A DNA stretch of 61,592 bases, counting the filler. It is 6 parts of 6 records of this genome, joined end to end, with 100 filler letters (N's around TTAATTAATTAA, not from the genome) between each part and the next. Parts side by side here need not be neighbours in the genome. Positions count along the whole stretch, not along the records: positions 44,619 to 56,026 come from SRR2962707_5455; positions 56,127 to 61,592 come from SRR2962707_5469; 4 more parts are not named here. One strand, given 5' to 3'. Each line of letters opens with the position of its first letter. Within the stretch, counting starts at the first letter, position 1. Below, piece by piece: positions 50,901-61,592 of the stretch. The notes beneath the pieces were generated by a model, which had not been told where the DNA came from, searched no databases, and was given only the letters and a program-made list of their open reading frames with translations. Made by a program: the position numbers and the translations under genes.

Positions 50901-53900
50901 AGCTGCAGTGATGATTCTGTACCGCTGCACATCTCCCAGCGATCTAGAGCAGAGTGGAGGGGCTGAAGGTGAAAGTGACGATGAGCAGGAAGACACCGAT
51001 CGCGAAGACTCTGACCGGGTTCTCGTCGATGTGCTGCAAGACTTGCCACGCAAGTATCGTGAATGTTACACAGACGCGTCTGCCGAAGTGAATCTCGAAA
51101 ACTCAAGACCTGGACAGGGGGGTCCTGTGCAAGTCAGTCGGCAGCGGCTTCACGTTGCCTTGCTAATCAACTTTGTGTCGTCGCATTTGTCCGAACGCTC
51201 GTTTTTGCACATGTTGCTCAACCTACGCCGAGGTCGTGGCTCGTCTGTCGGCCGCAAGCGCCAAGTAGTGCAGCGCGATTACCTCCGATTGTGTGAGCAC
51301 CTGTTTCACATCTTGCAAGCCGCGAGCGACGAGGAGATCGAACAGCAGCAGCACCTTCAATTAAATGGCGACAGCGAGGACAACAAGGATGGAACTGTGG
51401 TCGATCTTAAATCCATGGCGTACGGCGTTATGGACAAGCTGAACCAGCTTCTCTCCATCCCGGGTTTCTTGGCCGCCATAGGTGAGCTGCTGATGCACAG
51501 CGATCCTAATATTCGCCGCAAAGCGCTCGATTTATTCAACCAAAAGGTGACGCAGGAAGCAGGGGTATTGTCCCCAGAGGAAGTGGTGCTGTTTCTGGAC
51601 TTCACAGCGCAGCTCCAACGTCTGCTTGACGACGAATTTGCCCAGTGCAAAGCCGCTGATGCACTCGAGCGTAAGACTGCTGCGGCAGAGCGCCGTGCTC
51701 CGAGTGCGTCGGCCTCGTCAGCCACGGTGGCCAATATGCAAGCAGCACTGCTGTCCTTGCATATTCTATCCAGAGCGTTTGCAGAGGCGCATCCGGAGCC
51801 GTTCTTGACGCTTCTCCCAGCTGTGGTTCGCATTGTAGCTGATCCATCGTTTGGTATCCACTGGCGTCCTCATGTGCTTGGCTCTGCACTTGTGTGTCTT
51901 GCGTCGCTCTGTGGAGGGCTTGGCGCGCGAATGTTGCCGTTTTTGCCACAGTTCCTCTCGCGACTTGTGTCAGTGGCAGAAGCTGCTGTCACATTTGTGC
52001 CATCTTCGTTGCAACGCCGGGAGGGTGCCAGTAAAAGTCACGAGCAGGAAGTGGCAGTGCTGGCCCATTCGTCGATGGCGTCACTGTCTGCTGTCGTTGC
52101 CCATCTCCCCCAGTTCATTTCATCCCACCTTGCTCCGTTGCTCGGGATTCTTACCCACCACAGTTTCCTTCATGGAAGTGACATGTCCGACACTGAAGTT
52201 TCGGCCATTAGCACTGCGACGGCAGCCGCGGGACTGGCTGCTGGCCCGAGGCACACCCAGCCGGTGCGCGCCATTCGCAAAAGTCTGTGCACCCTGCTGG
52301 CCCAACGCGTGAATTTTCGACTTCTTCTTCCGGCAGTTAGCTCCGTCTATGCCTCGCTGCGCGAATCAACTTCGGGGAGGGGGAGCAAGTCGTCGTTGGG
52401 CAGCGACAGTGAGTCCGGCGACGACTCAGCTGGTGGAATTTCTGCACTTGCGGAGCGACAGCAGCAGGTTCATGACCTGCGAGCTCGTACGTTGTTGCTT
52501 GTTGATTTTCTGGGTGAGTGCTGGGCCGAGAATTGTCGTAAGGATGCCAGACAGTGGAAACAGCTCGGCGGCCCTGGGGCTGCTGGCACAGGCGGCGCAC
52601 GCAGCGCGCGCGCAGCCCGGCGGGTGTTTATCCAGTCATATTATCCTCGCGTTGCAGGGCTCCTCACGTGCGGCTTCGAGCTCGTGGCCTCATGTTTTGT
52701 GACCGCTGGAGCCGAACCATACTACAGCTGTCGTCGTTTAGTCCTGCTGGGCGATGATGCATTGCGGCCGGATGAAGGCAATCACGAAAGTTTGGACGTT
52801 GCCGCCAGCCTTGAATCAGAGCGCGTGCTTTGCAGCACGGTCAATGACTTCGTTGTCAAACTGACCGAGGGGCAGTTGAAGCCTGTGTTTCTTGGATTGT
52901 GTGATTGGGCGCGACCACGTGACCGCAGTGCAGGCCGGCGCGGTGCTGTGGGGGGTAGTGCACACGGCAGCGATTCAGCTTTCCTCGCTCTTTCGGGAAT
53001 TCCCGACTCTGCCAACATGGCCGCGCGGATTGAAGCTGCTGCGACCCTGGTCCAAGCTGTACGTGATGGATCAGCCAGCTCTACCGCAGACCAGTCTGGC
53101 GATGGCACCACGGGCGGCATCTGCCGTCAATTGCGGAGGAGCATTTCCTTTTGGGGCGCGACAGGGGCATTGTGCCGCAAGTTCAAGTCAATTTTTGTTC
53201 CGTACTTCGAGTATGTGTGGCGTGATGCAGTGGACGTGCTAGCCGCTAGTGACTCGAAGCCTGGTGCTGAGGACGAGAACGCCAACGAGACCGAGTCCAA
53301 CGCATTGGCACTGTTGGCGCCAAAGAAGCGACGAAAGAAAGAGGCAAAGAAATCACGCAAGAAGGCTGCGAACGACGATTCAATCCAGGCAGGGAAATAC
53401 TTGCACGAAACGCTGCAGCTTCGGCGCATGCAGCGCGAGCGTGTGCTGGGTGCCCTTTGCCAGTGTTTTGTGCATAGCCATGCCGGCGATGGTGGAGGAA
53501 ACATCGTCGACAAAGACCATTTTGATGCCATAATGCCAGAACTTGTACGGCAGCTGGATCCGGCCGACAAGGAGAGCACTTTTGTCGTTATTGCCAACGA
53601 TCCGGAAGAGTTCCGTCGCGGGCAAGGTCGTGGCGGCCGCAAATCGAAGCGGCAGCAGCAGCCGCAAGCCAGCGCGCACCTGTTGGAGGGTCGCAGTGCC
53701 ATCATGCGCAGTAGTGCTGCGGCTCTCGGACAGCACCTCGCTGGAACTGAGCCGTTCCTAGCTTACACGCTAGGTGCTGTCGTCCCTTGCCTTGTTCAGT
53801 TGGCTCGTGCTGCAGCAGACGACTCGCTTTGGAAACCGCTGCATTTCAAAGTCTGCATGAAAAGCCGCAGTGACGACTGGCGTGTCCGTTTTGCTGCGCT

Positions 53901-54215
53901 CAAGGTAAGATTTGCTACAAAGAGTGACATGAGCTGTATGCCACGTCGAAGGCAAACATGTTGCCTCACAAACAACGCGCATCCGCTTATCAAACTCAAA
54001 ACCTTTGCTTTTTGTGTGTCATTATTGCCCAGGTGCTGCAACGCTGCTTTGAGGTCATCGGCGAGGAATTTTTAGTGCTGTTACCAGAAACAATTCCGTT
54101 TTTGGCGGAACTGCTCGAGGACGAAAGCCCGCACGTGGAAGCTCTGTGCCGCGCCCTCAAGCAGCAAATTGAAGAACTCAGTGGAGAAGAACTTGACCCA
54201 TACTTGAATGCATGA
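44986..54215 (+). CDS. UTP10: U3 snoRNP protein UTP10/HEATR1, multi-exon
   Basis: N-terminus MASELARQL...ASVLY...KAVEHLIRCF...LPFHQT; BP28CT-like FVVKLTEGQLKPVF, FKSIFVPYF; C-terminus LWKPLH...LLPETIPFLAELLED. Introns include 45662-45788, 46731-46842, 50371-50502 and 53905-54032; others near 45970-46480 are approximate. Confidence 0.9.
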
Positions 54216-54391
54216 TTTTGACAAGCTACGGTGGGGAGACCCAGAACAGAGCCCAGCCGGGTTTTCGTGCAAATAAATTAAAAACTAAGACCAAACATAA
54301 CACGAAAAGCATTGACCCAACGTTTTTCGTCCGTTTGGCCATTCACTTTTCCGCCATCGATTTCTGCGTCTGTCACACCCTTCCAGCGTCT

Positions 54392-55777
54392 CTACATACT
54401 CACCAGGCCCAACAAGTCGTCGATGTTGTCGCTAGCTCCGGCACCTCTGTCAGCGCCAATTATTTCGAAGGATTCTTCATCGGAATGAATCGAGTGATTC
54501 GAGGCACTGCCGCCATCACTGATGACAGTTCCCTCAGAGTCAGAATTATTTTGGTCATCGGCATCATCATCGTTGGTGCTGCCAGCATTTGCGGCTCCTG
54601 CGGGGCTCCGAGCAGCAAACGCCTGAAATACGCGCTTTTTTCGGGATCGTGCGACTGGAAGATCCTCGTCGTCGCTGTCCAGATCTTTCATTGCAGAAGC
54701 AGCTGTAGACGCTTGCCGTCGGAGACCTGTGGCTGCCTGTACACGGTGACAACAACACATTGTCAACAAGCAGTGGATGATCCAAAGTTGCACCCCAAAC
54801 AACAGAGCAGCGAGGCGAAACAAACTTTAAACGATAAGCGCTTTGCCTGGTGTTCTCTCTCATGGAGCATAGCCATGATACGGTCGTGATTCATGTCGTC
54901 AGTTCGATCAGTATCAAGCGCCTATCGAACCATAGGTGTGAGTATGATGAGGCATCCGGTCAAATAAAAGTCTACCGACCACCAAGGAACAGCAAGCGCT
55001 TCAAGCAGTACTAGAACGAACCACCAATTGCATGCCAGCTACGACGCCTGCTTGTTGAATGGGAGATTCCACGAATTCTCGAACCCCACCAGGATGTTCA
55101 ATTTGTATGTTCACAAATTGCCACACAACTGCGCCAATACCACGTGCCACGTTTGCTGGTCGAAGGCGGACGCCGAGCTGTCCAGGCCGCACGGTGACAT
55201 TAATCGTCGTCCCTGCTTTGACTGCTGGTACCACACGGTGGTGATTTGATCCATCTTTGACAGCATTGCGCCGCGCAAAACTCGCGACACCAGAGAAAGA
55301 ACCTTCTCGGGGCAAAGGACGTCTGAAGTGAAGGTCCTTTCGTTCCTGAGCCCGGGTGCGTAAGATATTCATGATGTCATCGTACGGCATCATGGCAACC
55401 TGCACGTCGCCAATGCCAAGCAATTCTGCCCCCACTGCAATGCCAGCGAGCATGACTGGAGACGGATTGCTCGAACTCCGTATGTGAGTCTTTGCTTCCG
55501 CATGGTCAGCACCTGAGCTATGTGGTCCTGGAACGCTCACAAACCCCTTCACGACCGCGCCTGTTTGTGTCTCATCATCCCGAGGCCACAAGCGGAGGCC
55601 TATTGGCCCACCAGGCACAGAAATGGTGCGTACGTGGCGGATGCCCTGCCACTCAGAAGGCAGCGCAGGAGTTCTGAAAAACTTGCTGGCCACAGTCCGA
55701 GCAAGTACGCGGTGAGCTGTCTGAGACAGCCGTCGAGCAGCGGTGACTTTGGCCTTCGGAGAGGAAGTGCGTGGCAT
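54392..55777 (-). CDS. PDZ-like domain protein, multi-exon; boundaries uncertain
   Basis: Two PDZ-like units (VPGGPIGLRL...GAVVKGF...AGIAVGAEL; VRPGQLGVRL...GAVVWQF...AGVVAGMQL), followed by an acidic/Ser-rich exon at about 54392-54730. Confidence 0.55.
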
Positions 55778-56026
55778 TGTTGGTTGCAGGCTGCGCTAGG
55801 TTCTGAAATCACACTGCCGCTTTGGGTCCGAGTGCGCAGCGTGTGGTCGATCCCCGACAGCAGCAGCAGCAGTAACAGCAGCAACAGCAACAAAAGCTGC
55901 CAGAATCACCGACTTGGTTTGGGCTCATGCTTCTGAAGTCGCATCTCGCTCTTCAGGCCAGTGGTGCCCGCCAAAATGAAGTGAGCGCGAAAAAATAAAT
56001 TCACAAAAAAAAAAAAAAAAAAAAAA

Positions 56027-56126
56027 NNNNNNNNNNNNNNNNNNNNNNNNNNNNNNNNNNNNNNNNNNNNTTAATTAATTAANNNNNNNNNNNNNNNNNN
56101 NNNNNNNNNNNNNNNNNNNNNNNNNN
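56027..56126. other. Artificial contig spacer
   Basis: N-TTAATTAATTAA-N. Confidence 0.99.
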
Positions 56127-56128
56127 AG

Positions 56129-59100
56129 CAGCAGCAGCAGCAACAGCAACAGCAGCTTGGCTTCGCCGCTGCAGCCGCCCAGCAACACCACCAAGCAGCA
56201 CATAACGAGGACTACGAGTTACAGCTGGCGCTTGAAATGTCAAAGCGGGAGATGGAAGAAGCCAAAATACAGGAACGTGGGCGGAGACAAATGGCTGCGA
56301 GGCAGCGCGCGAATTATGCCACCTGGCGTGCAGGCTCGAAGCCAGAAGATGCACCTGAGGAGTGGGACATGCAAGTGGCCACTGCTCAGTCCATTGTGAA
56401 AGCGTCGCAGGATGGCAAACTCAGCGAAGACGAACTGGAAGTGTTTACGCCCTGGGCTGAAAAAGTCATTGAAGTTGACAGTCTCTACCGCAAGAAAGAC
56501 AAGTCTTTAACCGACGAGCTGGATGAAAAAATGCAGGAGCTAAATTTATTGCGGCTCAAGGTTGATCTTCTGGTGGCGCAGCAAATGACGCGCGAAAATG
56601 AAAAGCGACGTAATGATCTGAACAAGAAAGTGGAAACCTGGCATGAAGAAATGGTCACAAACTCCAAAGGAAACCAGCAAGACATCATTGATCAGGCAGA
56701 AGCTACACTCGATGATCTGCTTGCACGCGTAGCGGATGTTCACGCTGAGGTGCAGCGTGTTCGAGAGCATTGCTTGTCCGGGATCCCCGCAAAAATATCC
56801 GAGCTTCACTATCAAGAGCTCTATTTTTTTCTGCTCGGATACCTGGACAAAGGACTGATTACGCTCGCTGACGCTGATCAAATCTACGACCGTATCTACG
56901 ACGAAATTGGGTTGGTGAACGCTGATATTGTTCCGAAAATGTTGAAGTTGCTCGTTCTTGAGCGGGAGGAAGAAAAACTTGAGCGGCGAGTCAACACGAT
57001 GTGCGATTCGAACTTGCAGCTCATTGCGTCCCTTCAACAACAAGCTGATGAAGCAGACGAAGAAGAGGAGGAAGAAGGCGATGACCATGAAAATGACAAC
57101 AACGCGACCGGGGGTGCTTTTTACGGCTCCGGTGAAGACGACGAAGACGATGACGACGATGAGGATTCAGATGACGGTAACGACGACGACAGTGATGGTG
57201 CTGAACCGGCAGCCGCAGTGTCTGACGATCTCAAGCTTCGAGCACCTATTCTGAAAGTGCAGTCAGGAGCGATGCATGGTGCGAATGCAGGGTTGGCGCC
57301 GTTGTCAACAAACCCCAAGAGCGACCCACTCGCTGTGGATGGAATCACATCAGTGAGCAAGCGCACCTCAGTAGCAACTGGAGGCGAAGGGAAGCGCGGG
57401 GAAACAAAAGAAGATGACGCCACAGTCGATATGCGTGGTGGAGAACGCATTGGTGGTGCTCCGCGTGAGTCAAAGAGCGGCGGTGTTCCGGTTACAGGGG
57501 ATGAATCCAAGAGCAGCAACCCGAGCACGACAACGTCGCCAGCCCGAAGGACACCGCACAAGCAATCGGATGATGAGTCTAACAAGCTCACCGAAGCGTT
57601 CAAGCGCCGCCAAAAGAAGCTCCAGTCCAAAATGCGAAAGCTAAAGAAAACACGTGATCAGGAGCTGACAGCCCTGGCTATTTCCGGTAAACCGCAAGAT
57701 GAGGTTTCTGCTGCAACGCAAGACATTATTAACACGTATGTCACGTTGACCTTCGCCTCGCGTCATCACAAGCACAGTTCCGATGCTGGGATTCGTGTCA
57801 AATGTCGTGATAATGACGTGCATGTTTGTGCGTATATGTCACAGGTACAAGAAACGACGACGTAAACTGAAGGCAACCATTCAACGGGAAGCAAGGGAGC
57901 ACGCCCAGTCACTGGCCGAAAGAGTTGCTATGACGACAACTGCGTATGAAGTTGCGGCCTCGAAGCAATCAGAAGCAGACAAATCTGCCACCGATCGGCT
58001 CGCAAAGCAAATTGAGGAGAAATTTCGTGTGCAACTGGACCAATCATTGAAAGCGCAGGCGGATAGTCTCGCCGCAAGTCGCCAAACGCTGGCGGCGCGT
58101 ATTGCAGCCCGCAAAGCTGCACAGGCACAGCTGCTGAAAGAGCAACAACTTCTCGCTCAGAACGAAGCACAAGAGACTGAAGTTGCCAAGCGAGCAACCC
58201 TGGAGACACCGAGCGGGGTTCTTTCCACCAATGATGGTCAAGTTGATGATGACGGTCGTATTGCAAAACTCATGGATCAGCTCGAGGTTGAAACTGCGCT
58301 TCTCGAGGAAGAAGCGCGACGGAAAGTTGAGTTCCTGAAAGCAAATCGCCAGAAGCTGGAAGGCGCAATTGGAGGGAAGTCCGGCACGGACATGGAGGAG
58401 GTGCAAGACCTAGCCTTTCTCAAAGTGGAGCACAAGTTCGCCAATAGAGTTCACTCTGCCAAACTGGAACTGCAAAAGCAGGTCATTATCCAGTTGGCTG
58501 CTTCTTTGACCACCTCCGAAGACTCGAGGCTTCCGAGTACAGAACAAGTGGAAGCAGAAAAGAAGTTTGCAAAAGATCTTGTACAATCGCAGGATGTTCG
58601 AGCAGCTGTTGCGAAAATTCAGACAATTCAAGCCACTGCTAACAAAGAAATAGGGGAAGTTGAGCGCGAGATGGAACGAGAAGTCCGACATGCCATGTCA
58701 ATTGCTGCCACGGAAACGCCAGATGATCCTCTCGGGAAGAAGCAGATAGCTCAAATTCGTGCCAAGTATCAAAGCGTCCAAGAGGACATTCAAAAAGCCA
58801 CTGCCACACAGCTTCTTGCAAGTAAGGTCACACTCCAAAAACAGCTTGCACGACGTCGTGAACGATTTGAAAGGCGGCGCAAGAAACAGCAACTCAAATC
58901 TCAGAGCGGATTGTCCGACGGTGAGAAGAGTGAGGAGAAAAGTGGGCCATTGGCGGACCTTCCACCAATGATACAGGGCCGGCCTGTCACAGCGGAGGAG
59001 GAAGTTGCCAAAATCCACGAAACTTTTGCTGCGAAAGAGAATTTGCATCGTCGAGAATTGCAAAGGTACCATTCAAAGTCTAAAGACACCCTCCAACGTT

Positions 59101-59858
59101 TGCTTGCCAAGCGACGGAAGAAGTTGCAAAGTAGTGGAAAGAAGCACAAGAAAGGGCGCAAGCGCGGAATGGGCATTGCGGTCGATGCAGCTCGCTCATC
59201 GGACACCTTAAATGATGAAGTTGAGCCCAAAGTCAGCTTGATGTCGCCGAGTGGTTCTTCGCGGGCAGACCGAAAAAAGATGGCCGAACAACGAAAGCAG
59301 CTCGAGGAAGCTGAAGCGTTGGCAACTCGGAAATCTGAAGAGAGTGCCGCAGATCTCGAGACTATTGACAAGTTGATGGAGCAAACGAAACGCACTGGCC
59401 GGCATCGTGTCGGTGGAAGTCGGAGAGCATTGCGCATGGAAACCGTAAGCGGAGGCAACGCTGAATCAAAAACCAATACCGGAGAAAGCGGTGGCAGTGT
59501 TGTTGTAGGAGATGCAGCGGGTGGTGGCAACGTTGCAGCAGCTGTTCTTGAGGAAGATGTGCTCAATAGTCAAGTCGAATCCCTAGCCCAAAAGGCTCTT
59601 GCTGAACGCAAGAAGCTCAAGTTGTTAGAGCAAATCAGTCGTGCGGCAAGGACCGAAAGTGGATGGGGCTCCCGGCGGCAGGGAAGCAGCGGTGACTCGG
59701 GGAATAGCGCCTTTGACTCGCAGTCAAACGAGCAAGAAACGGAGACCTCAATGGTCGTTCATGATCTGGAGGGGTTTGACAGTGATGACAATGATGAGCC
59801 CGAGTCTACTCTGACGTATCTCGCCAATCTTGCCCACAGGTCGAGCAAAGCATGGTAG
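56129..59858 (+). CDS. Large coiled-coil protein with poly-Q, UIM motif(s) and acidic tract; 5' partial; intron 57736-57844
   Basis: Frame open from the contig start: QQQQ...NEDYELQLALEMSKRE. A GTATGT..CAG intron joins ORF 56237 to ORF 57783 in frame (IINT-YKKRRRK). Confidence 0.75.
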
Positions 59859-59997
59859 ACAGCCACGCAGCCGAACGGCATGCTAGCAGCGATTTTTTAA
59901 AATAAATAGTTGACAACTTATTTCCAGCGTGGAAAACCGGAAATGTTGAATGGATGCCGCTAGGGCCAGGCAGAAGCATGCAAGTCTGGACACTACT

Positions 59998-61019
59998 TTA
60001 GCGGGTGCATGTTGTTGCAAGAAATAGTTGCCCGACGGCTATGGTTGCGTGCCACCTGAATGAAACCATTCAGCAGGTTCAGGTCGAACAATTTTTGTCA
60101 CAGGATCAACACGGTGACAAAACTCCCAGCGGCGCTGAAGCAGGTCAATGTGAATTACTCACATGGCGTGGTATTGGTCGTAGTTGCGCCCTGCATTCGC
60201 AGCTTCACTTCCTTTAAACCAAAAGGCCATCACGAGGATAGCAATCATGATGGCAAATTGCTGACAATCCATATTCAAAATGCATGCTGGAACGGTTGCG
60301 ACGAAAGCCTGCAAAAGAAAGGATTCTTCGACAGTCAACGCAACACAGAGCCGACAGTGGTTGCTAATTGGTGTCACCACCAAATGCCTAGAGTATGAAG
60401 CAATCGCCACCCACTCACCGAGGCAGCCATGATTGCATCCGCAAGAAAGAGCCTCTTCAAAACAAGGACCCCAATTTGGAAAAATGACTGTTGAATCGAA
60501 TTCCATCATGACCAGATCAAGTAATTTTCGCGGCAGCGTTGGCGATTGCAAACAAACCCACGTACCCTGTCCTCCCTGCGGATGTGAAAAGCGAACGAGG
60601 CAGCGCCACTGAGAAGAATTAAGACACCAGCCAGCAACCATCCTTCTGAGAAGTAAAACAGGGCGGCAGGAATCACGAGGAAGTTTGTCCAGACGACACC
60701 GTCTTGCAACCCTCGGCATGTAGCCTTAGAATGGCAGCTGCATGATCGGGCCACTGCCTCGCCAACCTTTGGCAGAGTCGTCCGTTTGCTCGAAAAGTCA
60801 CCGTTCAACATACTGGAGAGTTCGAGGTAAATGTCTGGGAAATGAACAGCGTGCCGGCTAGTGTTAGAACAAACAAACAGCATCATGGGGACAGCCACCT
60901 GCCCGGGACGAAACGAACAGCAGGAGAAAAACTGCGAGATCCGTACCAAGCAGTGACTCAGCTGCCGAGACGATGGAACTCTTTGTGACATCGTAGAGGG
61001 AAGCAACTAGCGTTGGCAT
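59998..61019 (-). CDS. Multi-exon CREST-superfamily (TMEM8/ceramidase/PAQR-like) membrane protein
   Basis: Spliced reading gives ASFAFH (SxxxH), LFLADAIMA (Asp) and YDQYHAM-WH (HxxWH, split by an intron) within TM segments; start codon uncertain. Confidence 0.65.
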
Positions 61020-61563
61020 GGCAGGAAAAATGTTCTGGCCTCTCGAGTAACCTTCACGTTTCACAGCGGCAGAAAAGGACAAAGTGGCTCACCCTTGCTT
61101 CGACATTGTTGCACGCAGTCAGCAGTTGTGTGTGTGTTTTGTGCGTTTTTTTTTTCTTCTTTTTGTCCGCCCCATGTCTCTGGTGCATTGTGTTGTTGTT
61201 CTTTTGCCCGCGCGCGGTTTCCTGAACTGAACTTCGCCTCGCCAACCCCAGGTCGCCCTTTGCTAGGCCACAGGAAACACGAACCTCTCAACCACCCTCA
61301 CTCTCTCGCTATGATGCAAAGCCCACTCACACAGCTGCTCAAACCCTCGCATCCTGACCCACGCACGCGTCTCACAAACCGGACAGCCAACAGCCCCACG
61401 CGACGCGAGTCAGTCACAAGAAGTCAAGAAACACAACAGGAAGGAAGCCGAAAGTGACCAAGCAGGAGCACTGGAAGGTATCAGTGACCAAGAAGATGCG
61501 TGGGCTCCACTACAGTCCTCCCGCAGTCGAGATCATTCATCCGAGGAGCCTCGCTGAGCCGTA

Positions 61564-61592
61564 CTCAGTCACTCACTCAGTCACTCAGTCAC
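61564..61592. repeat. (CTCAGTCA)-type short tandem repeat
   Basis: CTCAGTCACTCACTCAGTCACTCAGTCAC at the window end. Confidence 0.7.

Noticed and set aside
56005-56026. Poly-A run as an mRNA tail or retroelement end
   Set aside because: The contig contains introns (genomic DNA) and no plus-strand gene ends here; likely a homopolymer that broke the assembly.
20577-56126. Five identical TTAATTAATTAA palindromes within N runs, as a repeat family or mobile-element ends
   Set aside because: Artificial all-frame-stop linkers joining contigs; not biological.

Overview
This window is not one locus. It is six unrelated metagenomic contigs joined by artificial N-TTAATTAATTAA-N spacers. (1) 1-20576, high-GC alphaproteobacterium: 3' end of tRNA-Arg, a decayed integrase, a LysR/hydantoinase A-B/TRAP catabolic operon, an OmpR-family two-component system with an EF-hand protein and RND pump, and a glycerol-type ABC transporter. 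(2) 20677-26591, intron-containing microbial eukaryote: an unknown gene and a Cys-rich repeat surface protein. (3) 26692-32474, alphaproteobacterium: amino-acid ABC permeases, an AstE-like hydrolase, deoC-deoB and a DsbA/FrnE protein. (4) 32575-44518, Bacteroidota: mostly housekeeping genes plus the most interesting locus in the window. This is a compact minus-strand operon encoding a 119-aa protein ending in CPPVC, two paralogous ~7-TM proteins, a 35-aa membrane peptide, a sensorless single-TM HisKA_3 kinase and a NarL/LuxR regulator. It is flanked by three copies of a TACCCA-N4-T(G/A)GGTA palindrome, one centred exactly between two divergent promoters. I infer a candidate autoregulated, split-receptor peptide signalling (agr-like) system. 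(5) 44619-56026, eukaryote: spliced UTP10/HEATR1 and a PDZ-like gene. (6) 56127-61592, eukaryote: a UIM/coiled-coil protein and a multi-exon CREST-superfamily membrane protein. All calls come from motif recognition by eye; no database searches were run.
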